Of a DNA stretch of 64,000 bases, positions 1 through 13,496 are shown in pieces. Below the pieces are notes generated by a model that ran no database searches, was not told the origin of the DNA, and saw only the letters and a list, made by a program, of their open reading frames with translations. The position numbers and the translations under genes are program-made. How positions within the stretch are numbered: the first letter of the stretch is position 1; every line of letters starts with the position of its first letter. The DNA is from Magallana gigas (lineage: Eukaryota), in the NCBI RefSeq assembly GCF_963853765.1, contig NC_088859.1, positions 45,694,001-45,758,000 on the forward strand, given 5' to 3'.

Positions 1-289
1 TTCTACTAAAATAAATGTATTTTGCAATTTCTACATGTTAGAGAGTAAAAAAGATCAATATTAGTTATTGTCACTAAATACTACATATACTAAGACCAGA
101 AAATCTTTAGAAGAATTTACACACAAAACAATGGAGTTTTAAAAAAACATATGACTGTTGATAGGCACTTCAACTCATAGACAGTCAAAAAGCTGCTGCA
201 CCACTGCAAGGTAACTCTGGATGGATCAGATTGAGTCTGGCTGTGTAGGTCTTAACGAGTTCTCAGTCTTTGCTGTAGCTGGACAGACC

Positions 290-3200
290 CTAAGGTGTTT
301 GCTCAGAGTCTCTACATGACTGACAGCACATCCTGTAGAAGTAACCACGGTTACAGACCTTGTGCTTCACAACCAGTGGACAGAAGTGGGCGTGGTCTTG
401 ATCCGTGCATTCTGCAGAGTACATGCATTAGATCTCATTAAGCATCAATTACTAGAAAACATTTAGCTGTAGTTTGCATTAACTTCTATGGACTATATCT
501 TTTAACAAAGCCACAGGCCTTACCAATAACCATTTCCATTAACCAATAACCATGTGCTTTATTGGGAAATTAGGGTCTCTCTTTTTATTCCAAGTATCTA
601 TTTATATTCCACAAGTCTTTCAATTTTTTTCCAAACATTTTAATTACACAACATAGAGACTTCATAATTGATGACCGGGCCAAGGTCAATGGTAAGAATT
701 GGTAAATTTCAAGGTTATTTATTAAGACAAGAGTCAAGTTGATAACAATGATTTGATTAGTTACAGAGGTAATAAACAAACCTCTTTGTTATTACATTAA
801 CATGGCCTTTATATATATATCTTCTAAATATACTTTAGCCTAGTCATATTCTATTGTTTTGAAGGCATCAATGTCATTGTGACAATTAAACTACTTTTAA
901 AGTATATGTCTTAAATGCTTGGTCCAATTTATTCCAAATTTTATGTTCGTGCTTTTAAAAGAAGGTTTTGCTTAGCATTTGTATGATGATAGGCATTGCA
1001 GTATTTTTCCCAGTCAATTAAGCCATATTTCCATGAAAAAATGATATACAAAATTTGCTTACTTAACAAACCTTACATAAAAGGGTACAGCGTTATTTCA
1101 GAGGCAGGTGTGATTGTATTAAGACTTTTATAAATTAACACTTGCTATAAACAAAGAAATTAAGATTTTAAGAAATGTTTATGCCTGTTAAATAAACCTC
1201 ATGTGTACATTTATTTTCACTAATATTTCTGAAGTTTGTTTACAACCGATGAATAAAATGCGGGTTGAATAAATGCAACCATTTGGGGGACGAAACCAAA
1301 TGATTCCCTTTTCAAAACAATCCTATAGTGCATACAGAAATTATTATTTGATTTAAATATTTCTATCTTTGAAAGAAGTCCGATTTTGCTGGTGTAAATA
1401 GGCGAAAGACTCTAACTTTTTTAGATAGTGGTTTGTACTGAAAATGTTAAAGCTAAAAAATTGGACCAAGCAGCTTTAAACATCTACTATCAAAATAGTC
1501 ACACTAGAAAAAGGTTTTCCCATCAACTTGTTTTGATTCCTTTTTTATTTTTAATTCTCTCATGGAACTTTTTTGGCTATTTCTGACTGAATGCAAATGT
1601 AAAAGATTTTCATCAAAATATCTACATGCAGTTTTCTTGATTCATTGAATACATTCATCTGCGTTTATATGCACAGCTTCACAGATGCAATCATTTATTT
1701 ACAAGATGTGTTTGATAAACAAAACAAAATTTATGGCTTATTTTCACATACCGATCAGTCTGTTGTAACATAGGTATGCACAAAAAATACAAACTAAAAA
1801 ATGCATGTCTGAATTAAATAGAATTTTATGAGCCAAAAAATGTAGAGAAATATTTTAAGTGCATTGCAATTCTTTTGTCCAAACCATAAATCATTTTTAC
1901 CCACAATAACTAAATAATCAACCCCCCAGACAGAAGCCAAAAATTAACATGACCCACCAGTATTAGTGTAATTGTATGCACAATCCTCTATATAAATATA
2001 CATCATAATGATCATACTTATTGTTCTAAACTTTCAATCATCTTTAGAATCTTTGACTATCTATGTGTATAATTTCCTGGTTTTTAACACATAATTCATT
2101 AACATTTCATAACTTTCTGTGTGAATCTCTCACTGTGGTGTCAGATGCTTAAAAGATGATTTATAGTTCATGTCCGATCAATGCGCCTTGAGTTCATTCA
2201 CTGAGTTCATATGACTGCCCCTTGTTGATTTCAATGTCACTTAGTTCTTGTTAAGCAATGAACAATTCTACAGGAATGGCAGACATTGCAAAGTACGGAC
2301 CAGATCACACCATGAACATAATATAACTTATGTTTTTTAAGTAATTTCTTTTTAAATATTTCCACTTCAGCAGTCCCAGAATGAATGAAAGTGTCACAAA
2401 AACATCAGGAACTATTTTTATGCTTGACATACTCATTAACAAACTATTTAATTAAGATGTCACTCTTGCACTTATATTTCTTCTTGAGGGATCATGACAT
2501 AATACTTGGCTTTGTATACACCTCTCCCTCATCCTCAGTAATTGTTGTAAATTTGTGTACATTTGTATAAATATTGTTCATGTTTCCATTCTTCACAGAA
2601 ATTATATTTACCAACACTTGGTAACATGGGTATAACAATGAAGACCCTGTATATAGTCAGTCTTATTTTGTCAAAAATAAATATATAACACTGATGAGAC
2701 TCATATTACGCACAACAATATTATACATTTCTTATTCTACATAAAGTGTGATAACTCTTACCAATGGGTCTTACTTCATCTAGTAGTGATTATTTTAAAA
2801 TCATTCCAATTACTATTATACAAGTATTAATCATTACTTTGTTAATATTATTATTACAAGTATTTACAATATACCTGTATGATTTTAAATTTACATAGTT
2901 TCGTTTAATTTAAATCAGCGGTTGCAAATTATATTTATTCAATAAAATGAAGTATGTCTGACACATATTGAGAGTCCTTGCATTTTATCAGGGACGTATA
3001 TACTATTAGATGTATATATGTTATATATGTCTTTGATTTTATAATGCAGTCAGCTCATAAAACCTGTATTACTATAAAACCAACATGCAGAGGCATAAGT
3101 CTAAACACTAATCTTGGAAACAACCAATAGAAATGACTGTCTTAAATGTCAACTGTGTTGATGCCGCCATGGCTCTCCCATTTATGTAACAAACTGGTTG

Positions 3201-6200
3201 GCAATACTTTATTTACATTGTTAAATTAACTCACTATTTATGAATATTGAATTGAAGGTAAATAATATGAATTTTCTTTGCTTTCTTTGTTTGTGTAATA
3301 TGGATATCTAATGGATTTTAGAAATTCTGTCATAATCTAGATCCCATAATAGCCTTACTCTCTAAATACATATATAAACATTTATCAAGTATTTTATATA
3401 TTTTTTCAAACTGTTGCTCAATAGAAATTGCAGAATCTTGTCCCATATATACCAGTACAAATGTATTAATACTCCCCCAAGACCCCAGGGTTTTTTTTTT
3501 AGGAAAGAATCCAATCACCATATAATTAAATTCCCCTTATCATCTTGCCCTTTATACATGTCTTTAAATTTTCCAGTGTCTTTGTCTGAGATAGAACTAT
3601 AAATCAAAATTTTAAAACAATCACAAGAGATTTTGGCTATAATTTTGGTTGGTATGTGGTTAATTTTATCAAAAAGACCTTTATACGATCTAATCAAGTG
3701 ACCAACCAAAATGATCTTATAAAAGTCAAAGAATGATTCTTTTTTCCTGAAATAAATCTGACTTACCTAGCCTGGGGGAGTGCTTGCTCTCACAGTAGGA
3801 CTGACACTCCCTGACCAGCGTGGGCCGGAGTCTGGCATCACAGCCACTGGACAGCTTACCAGCGTGGTCCAGACATACAACCACTCGTGATTGTCTCCCT
3901 TTACCGCATTTTGCTGAGCACTAAAGTGAGGATATAAACATGATAAATATGATGGCTTCATTTCAATCAACTGTTTTATAGGTATTTCATATTTGATTAC
4001 AATGCAATCCTCAACTCATTGAACTCATTGTTCACACTATAATCTCAATTCCACACTCATCATATTAAACTCTTCTTCTGATTCCACACTTACCACATCC
4101 TACTTCTTAACTTGAATTCAACACTCACAATACAACATGATCCATCCCAATCTTTAACTCTCCTACTCTCATTCAATTTTACACTTCCAATTTCTCATTC
4201 TCTTTGCCAATTCTACATTCATATATCATTCCCCTTTTATTTTGCTATTCCACACTCACCATATCTTCCATTTAAAATATCACCATATCTAATTCTACAC
4301 TCAACATATTGTATACAAGGAAATATTCGCCCATCCGTTTATTTTCGCCCCTTTCACCCTCATTGTCAACTGGCAAACTTAAGACTGGGCAAATTAAAAT
4401 GTCTCAAACTATCTCTCTTAAGTTTAAACACATCTATGTCAGGTGGATTTCAAGATGGGGTGAAATTGTGAGAGTGGAAGGGCAAAAATTACACGGGGCG
4501 AAAATTACCCTGTATACAGTATACTAGTTTACTCCATACAAAATATCACCATATCCAATTCAACACTCACCACATTCCTCTCTCTTTCCAATTTTGACTC
4601 AAAAGTCACCATATCCCTTCAATACCAATTCAACACTTACCATGTCACATAACATACTTCTCTATATTCCGATTGCATTCAAAACTCATCTCATTATATG
4701 GCAATCTATATTTCTATTTAACAATAACCCCCCCCCCCCTTCTCTCAATATCAATTAGAACTCACTGTATCCCACTTCCCTGCTTTCCACTCGGGTCCAG
4801 GACAAGCATTGTCATTACACTTCTGTACAATGGCTGGCTTCTGGTCAGATTGACACTTCTTGCTGTCCAGGTATTTTCTCTGGTCACTGGTCATACACAT
4901 TACATCCCTTTTCTGCTCCCCCTCACCACAGGTTGAGGAACACTAGGAAACAACATCAAAACTAAATATTAAGATTTAAAACATAATTTAATACATGTAC
5001 TGAATGAGTGATTTTAAAGAACATTGATAAATCATTCCAGAGTTATCTTTCTTAGAACTCCATTTAAAAAGTCAGAAAATTGGCAATCAATCAGAATTTG
5101 ACCCAAAGTTTAAACTAATTATACAATTAAAAGTAGATTCCTTAATTTTTGTGAGCTCTTTATTCAGCAATTCCACTTTTTATCAAATCATGAGAATACA
5201 AAATTACGAGCACCAAACTTTTTTTGCAATTTAATATACAGTCAAACTTTGTTATCTCGAACTAGATGGGACTGTTTAAAAACTTCGAGATACCCAAGTA
5301 TTCGAGATATTGAGGGTAAAATAATTTAAACAAATAAGTGGTTGGGACTTACAAATTACTTCGATACACCCATTGTATTCGAGATATCAGTGTTCGAGAT
5401 ATCGAAGTTCAACTGTACTTTTTACACAATTTTACACAAACGTTAATTCAAAGCTTTTAATAAGGAATCTACAGTATATCTGTTTTAAAGATCCTGTGAC
5501 ATGACTGCTTACCATACTGCCTTCAACTCTTGGCTGGACTGTCTTTTGATCTTTTTTTTTCTTAAAATAAAATTAATCTAAAAGCTACTTTTAATTACAC
5601 TTAAGGATACAACTTACTTTTCCCCAGTCTGCCGCTACCCAAGCTGCGGGACAATCGGTCCTTCGACAGCGGCGGTGGGAGTTAGGTTTGGGCAGCACAC
5701 AATCGCTATCAGGGAGGATGGTCTTCTCTGTTTGGCTGACCACCTGCACACAAAGGACTGTCCTTATCTTCCTCCCTGCCCCACAAGTAACACTGCAGTG
5801 GGACCAGTCGCTTACTGACCATCTATAAAAAAAATACTAATCACTTATCATAACGTTAACTCTTAAGTGTTGCATTTATTGTAATTTGAAATGTCAAAGA
5901 TACCAAACAAATTGTTTGTATGTTCCATAAACTAAGCATAAATGATAAAGTACATATATGGGTATCCAAAAATTTTAATTTTTAATTTTGGCTATCGTCC
6001 TATATTTTTATAATAATATCAAATATTTAATTTTATTTAAAAAAATAATATTTAATCTTCTAAAGGAGATGACCATCGAGCCCTCCTGAAAACTAAACAA
6101 AAACATTTTTGTTACATATACAGAGATGAATGCCTTACTCTCTAGGACATGGGTTCTGGTTGCACTCCTCCTCTCTAGTATCTGGTTTAGAGGCGCTGTC

Positions 6201-9200
6201 ACACAGGGTTTCTGAGGCGTCTGACTGATCCTGACTATTGACACAAACTGGGACTGAAGTCCTTCTTCCTAGCCAAAAGTATACTCAGATTCCAATGAAC
6301 ATTCCCATTCAAATCAACCCGAATAGCTTTTTAATGATATCTAGAAATTTCATTTAACTTTAAAGAATTTAGTTTTAATAACATGCTGTAGTTTTTACCT
6401 TTGCCACAAGTTCCTGAGCAGGGTGACCAGAAATGGTTCCAGATATAAGAAGAGTTTGCTGCCGATCCTGAGGTGTTTTTTGGAAAGTTGTACTCATAAT
6501 AGATTCCTTTATTGTGTTCTTGCAATATTATCTGGAAAAAAAAACCATCCAGCTTAATATTAGAATAATGAACTGCTTTGTGTAAACTGTATTACACATG
6601 TAATATACAACTTTTATTTACTGTGGCTTTAATTCACTTCTAGCCAATGCTTTTTTGATTTACCAAGACTGGTATACCCAACAGGGCCTCTGCTGGTTAA
6701 TAAGGTGTGTGAACAAAATTGTTAAATATACAATCAACCTAAAAGAAATAAATGAGAATTTACCATAAACACTACATCCTCAGTGGTGGGCCCAGTAGAG
6801 TGTATCACTTCTGGTTGTCCATCCAAGCGCTCGTAATTAAACACCGTTCCCGCTCCATAGAACATCCGCGGCCAATCTACCGTCCAACCGCCATTGATCA
6901 GGAACATGTTTGACATGTTTTTCAAAGCTGAAACAGTAAAGGGGAAATGCATGCCTGTTGAGTCCATTTAAGCACTGAATCATTATTTTTATTAAGATAT
7001 AGTCTTATAACTGCGGCGGTGTGTGCATACAAATTGAGTAACGTTAGTGTGTTATGAAAATTTGCAACAAATTATATTTACATTTTTAAACTTCTTGCCT
7101 TGTCTGCAAATGTGATTTATACATCAAAATTTCTGTTGTATCCTGAGAGTAAGTTCAATTTAATGGAAGAGCCACTATAACAGCCACAAGCGTGAACTTT
7201 AATTCTCGCTTGGATGTTGCATTTTACAGCGTTCAACGTTTGTGACATCATAATAGCTAGAACTCGTCATTTTTACCTTTGTGCACCCTGTGTGTGTTAC
7301 GGTCTTATAACTGCAGTATCTTTCCACACACTTTACATGCAAGAAGTATTTGGAATGTAAATATATGACATATGAACGGGTCATATTAAAGGATATCAAA
7401 AGTTGAAACAATACAATCAAAGAAAGAGACCAAGGGTAAATGATAAAATGCCTTAAATAGTTATATAATTTTCTTGGAAATCTTCATTGCTTTACAATAT
7501 GCTTTTACTAGTTCATCAATTACCTAAATAATTTAGAGATTCCACTATTTCTGACACACGTATATGAACTGCGCCTTTAGGAATTCTGACTATTTCTTGG
7601 TATGCTGCAATATAAGGAATTGAAATGAGATTGATTCATGACACATCAAAACTTCACATCACACAGGGATGTATGTAGACCCAAACTCTCAACATTATAC
7701 TCACTTCCCGGTGACACTATTTTGTTGTACGTCCCATTCACATTGTAACACGAAGAATTATCTCCGTTACAAACTCCACAGAAGTCCTCGACCACCACAG
7801 ATCCCAGAATTCCATCACATCCCACAGGCTGCAATAAAATTCATACATGTAACAACTTACATTGACAATTGATGTATAGAAATTTCCCTGCAAATTAGCA
7901 TGATTTTGAAAGTCAAGTTTACTTTTTACTAATGCCATAAGTTTTGGAGTGTATATAACAAACAAACTACATGTACGTTTTTTCTTTTTTTCATTTTGGC
8001 TCCATAAAAGGGTGTGTTTATTATACACCAGTGTGTATTAATACACATAATATTATATAAGACAAAATATATGGTATTTAAATCTGATTATATGAATGAT
8101 GGTTTTCCGAAACAATCCTGTAAGAAAACCCTGACACCAAGAAATTTCTTAGATTTTCAACAGACTATATTTCTGATTCTCGGATCTACATTATGTAGCT
8201 GTTACACGTACATACCAGACATTTTCCATTGATACACATATCCATTTTGTCTGGGTAACATTTGGTTCCATCAATCACTTTACGGGCTTGTTCGGTGTAG
8301 AAGTTAAAACCGTCAGCAATACAATTCAATGCACAGGGCTTGTCATGAGCTGAAAGTAAAATATAAGCTTTTTTTTTCTAGAAATAAGCCTATGTTTTGT
8401 GTATTTAAATCCATATTCTGCAAATCTTTCTTTCATGGCAGTGCTGTTAAATCTGCCAAAATATGCCTGATAAAAATATTTGATTTATTTAGATATATTC
8501 TGCAGCATTTAAAGCAATTTGACTCAGGTAGTGTGTATATACTGCTTCTCTTAAGCTGGTGGCTTACCCCCAGAGAAAGGCTTCCAGTTGTAGTATTTCC
8601 CCCTGAAAGGTTTCTTGTTGAAATCCTCACACTGAAGTTCTCGGAAATCTTTTTCACTGTTCTGACATGCCTTTGATAAAGAAACGTAAAACATCTATTT
8701 TACATCTTTGTATATGATGTATGCACTTACATATCATTAAAATTCAAATCTAGAATTTCGAAAAGTCATTTTTCGGTTACATCATAAATTGATGGAGATT
8801 GATACCTCTATGTTACAGGACCTGTATCTTTTTCTCTGTCCAACACAATACTTTCCTCCATGTCTGGGCCTTCATATAAAATAGGACACTATGAAACATT
8901 GTTATTTAACACAATTTACAGCGAATCATTGGAATAATGGATGCTCATATTTTAAGGAATTACCTTAGCTGGCTCACCCTTTACCAGTGAATTTATATCC
9001 TTTGTATCTAAGATCATTTTCGATACAATCAAATGCACCAAATTGCACTCCTACCCACCGATGCATTTAATTAATTGGAACCAAAGAAAATTGGATAAAA
9101 TGAATCAACCGGTAAATCATTCTACAGTATTTAGAATGGATTTACTTGCTAAGGTTTCCCCTCTTAATATATATGGGTATCAAATTACAAAAACATTTTA

Positions 9201-12200
9201 TAGATTGTTCTGCATAACTAAGATAACAAAGAGTAAATTCAATTGGTTAAAACCTCCTTCAACCATTATTCAACATCGTTCTTAGGTCATACCAGATTTA
9301 TTAAAAAATCAAACGGGGCAATAATCAAGGAACATTCATAAATGACAGTATAATAACTAAAATGTACATCTACTTACTCTGGATCGTTACATCTTCTGAA
9401 GCTTGACTCGATGCCCCCGCCACAGGTACGTGTACACATGTCCCAGCTCAACCACTGTCCCCAAGAACCATCCACCGGCTGCGGCTGGTAGTCAAGGGCG
9501 CGACACTCTCCCTGGTAACACCACTATAAAAGAAAGTAATAGCAACACTTAAGAATAAAGGCAATAGCAGCACCATAAAATAAATTAAATAATATCACCA
9601 CAGATTAAATGTAATAACAACACCACAGAATAAATGTAATAACACCACTACAGAAGAAAGTAACAGCACCATTACAGAATAAATGTAATAACACCACTTA
9701 AAAAAAAGGAATAGCACCACTACAGAAAAAAGTGAAAGCACCACTACAGAAAAAAGTACACGTAATAACACCACTACAGATTAAATGTAATAATACCACC
9801 ACCACAGAATAAATGTAATAGCAGTGCCACAGAATAAATGTAATAGATTCACTATAGCTACAGGTCTTTAGCTTCTAAACTAAAATAATTCGGATGGAAA
9901 ACCTGGGAGCTTCAGTTTCGTCTGTGTTAAAAAGTTGCAATTTATGGTGCACAATAACTTGCGCTTGCTTTGGACAGATTAATCCTATTTATAGACAAAT
10001 TCTGTGGAAATAATTAACACCATTAAATTCTTAAGACAATTAACTAGTGATGTCATTGCTTTACTTGTTTTAGACTCTCTTTTAAACATGTTAACCTACA
10101 TCAGAAAACGAAGAATGTTAATTTCTCGTGCAGATCGAGAGACGCAATTTTTACATGTATGATGTAAACAAACTACACTACTTCGTTCTCTTTAAGGAGC
10201 TGGTGATGGTGTTTATAAGAATATCAGAGGCAAGTAAAGTGACAATATCTCAAGTAAAATGTCTTAGAAATTTTTCAGAATATTTAATGTGTTACAAAAT
10301 AAGATTAATCAGTTAAAAATTAGCTCAAGATTTTGTACCCTTTAAATTGCAAATTTTTAACATGCAAGGAACTGTAGCTCCCAGGTCGTCCATCCAGATT
10401 TTTTCAGACCAGGAGCAACAGACCTGCAGCTAGATCCATTACAGAATAACTGTTATACGCACCATTTGGAAAAAATTTCATTCATTCATTCTTACCTCAT
10501 CAGGTATAAATAAATGCCTTAGTAATGTAATTATTTCATTTTAACAATATTGAAATTTTTGAAATGAAGTGTTCATTGGCCGACTTTTACTGACCCCTTT
10601 CTCCTTGGTGTTGGTGATGTAACAGCCAGTCCCATCTGCTGCAGGAATTCCCTTGGTTTTACACTCTCCTTGCTCATCCACACACCACAGCTCACTACAA
10701 ACCAACTGTAATGCATGAGAAAGGCTTCAATGTAATGCTTGATACAATACTACAGAATGCTATACAGTCGGACAATATGGAATGCTGGGATATACCTCGG
10801 GCTTACAGCTCCTGGACTGGCTGTTGTACATGATCTTACACTGCTCCGTGCTGTCCCTCTTGACCTCTTGTACTCTGGGGTCAATGTGCTTCACATGTAC
10901 CACAGGACTGTTGTCCAAACAGGCACTCTTCTCAGAGCTGAAAACATCAAAAATCATTTTTTCCATTCGATGGGTTCAATGAACAATGCAAATCATATAC
11001 ATGTTTTTCATGTTACTATATTCATATTAACTGTGATCATGAAAAATCTTCCTGTATATGATAAGAGTTGTAGAATTTTTTTTTAAAAATTACAAATAGT
11101 TATTGCCAAATATTTTTTTAAAAATACAAACACATTAGACATGTGTTACAGATCCTACTTACTCAATGAACTCTGTGATGTAGTTACGACTACAGAAGGA
11201 CCAGTTAAATGGGCGTGTTTCTTTGGACAGTTGAGCTGCCATTAGTCCAGCCGTCATATTGGACCCTGGTACACCACAGTCATTCCCTAACCCATCATGT
11301 CGCATTCCAAAACTACAACAAAATCAGCTCTTCATAACCAAATTACAATTTATAATATGTATTTCATCTCATAGAGGAAATGCTAAGAAAATAATTTTGT
11401 GAGAAACTTGAAATTACTTGTGTCCGATTTCGTGGGCGATGGTGAAGGCGGAGGCCAGGCCGATGTCCTCATTGATACTACAGCTTCTGTCTCCCCCACA
11501 CATCCCACTCAGAGGGGCCAGACCTAGGGCATAGGAGAACAATTCAATTGTGGTCTGGGATACACTCACCAACATTAATACATGTATCCTATTTTTTAAT
11601 CAAACTGATAATAGAAATAATGAAGCAGTTTTGTCTACATCAAATTCTGTACATGTAACCTCTCTATCTAAGTATTTTCTGCAATGGCATATGGACCTTA
11701 ATTTAATATATTTTACTCACCTAAAGTTCCACAGGGCTCGTTCTTGTATGAACAAATGTCATATCTGTAAAATACAAAAGTTTAACAATTGATCTCATCC
11801 TAATACTGTACATTCCTAGTTAAACGCAAGGAATTAATATTTGTGTAAAACCGAGAAGCAAATCTCGCAGATTTTAAAATCTTGCTTTTCCTTTTCAGAC
11901 AGATGTAAACTAAATGAAACTTTGATAAAATTTTGGCATTTGCAATTTTGCATTCCCGTAATTTGATGCAAAACTGTTGAATTGTGAAATTAAGTACTCT
12001 CGTAAAATTAGAAATCTACAGTATTGTCACAATTATTATGACAGGTTTACCTGTTGCAACAAGAGTAACAAAATACAAGCACTTTTCTGCACAAAAGATG
12101 TTGATTTAAATGCAATTCACTTGCTTCAGCCTAAAGATATACATGTATAATACATGTATGATAAAAAAGCCAGATCTTATTTTACAAAAAGAAGACATTA

Positions 12201-13436
12201 TTTACTGATATCATTGACCTTAGTGTTAAAGAAAGCAAAATTTGAACATTTGTGTATATTTATGGCTCAGCTGATATTTACCCTGTCAGTAGAACAGCAT
12301 TGTCATGGTACATTCCTCCATGACCCGAAGAGGAGGAAAAGTTCAGAAAGTGCTGCCACTTACAGAAATTGTACAGGGATTGGTCAGCATCATGATTCAA
12401 TGTCAGGTTAGCCTGAAACATATACATTTATGATCAGATATACTTATACAGTATTCTACTTACTCATAAGACTGGAACAAATCTACATATGATGTACACT
12501 TTACATGTTTTACCACCTAGACCATTTAAATAAATGACATAACATAATTAGAAAAAATATTCAGCATATGGGATAGAATAACATGAACTTGTGATATGTA
12601 TAGCAACAAAAACAGGAAACTAGTCTGATTATTTTGAAGAATTAATTTTAATGTAGGGGGTAATCAAAATTTCATTGCAGAGACAATGCAATAAGTATAA
12701 CAAACAAGTGCTTCACTTTACCTATTCATTTTTTGAATTTTATTCTTAAAAAATTCATTAAAATCTTGCTGAAATCATTATTATTGACATATAGATCAAC
12801 TGAAATGTATTAAATTTCATTCCAGTAAAATCCCGATAAATTTCAAATTTAAGGACTGTACTAACATGCGTATGCCAGTACTGCTGATTTGATCGGGTTT
12901 TTTTTCTCTCATTTGTCACAGGGCACCTTAGTTTCTTTCATTATGATCCAAAGGGTGACATGGCGAACTAACCTGCTCTTTTTCAAAAACAATCAGCCGG
13001 CTGACCACTATGTTGACTGCATTTCCAATGCTGGCATCATGGTATAACTTAGCAACCTGACCTCAAATGAAGATGATTTTTCTCAAAATCAAATAGTACT
13101 CATACAAATCACAGAACGGTTTTAACAAGAGCCTGGGCTTTCAGTGGGATGTTACTATATTGTAATTAGTTTGCTCATCAACTTCTTATTTGCTAAGAAA
13201 AGCTCATTAATATTTATAGACAATCAGAAAGTTGTTTGCCAAGATCTGCTTTTTGTGTAAAATTGACACTGTTTCAACAAAATATATATCCCTGGATGAA
13301 ATCATATTCATATCTTTTAGCCAATAACTTTCAAGACAGTTAAACATGAGTAGACCCAACCTTCATCAAATCAGAGTTTGTCACATACTGCCCAAAGTCC
13401 AAACTTTTGTTAAAACAGTTCTAATAAATAATGAGG

Positions 13437-13496
<60 letters not shown>

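Noticed and set aside
8996-9004. ATATCCTTT as a U12 AT-AC donor
   Set aside because: It lies on the strand opposite the ADAMTS gene, with no exon or matching AC acceptor.
10695-10705. Acceptor at 10694 (TTTGTAG/TGAG) for the ADAMTS exon
   Set aside because: Phase mismatch with the upstream exon. The acceptor at 10705 restores LVCSELWC.
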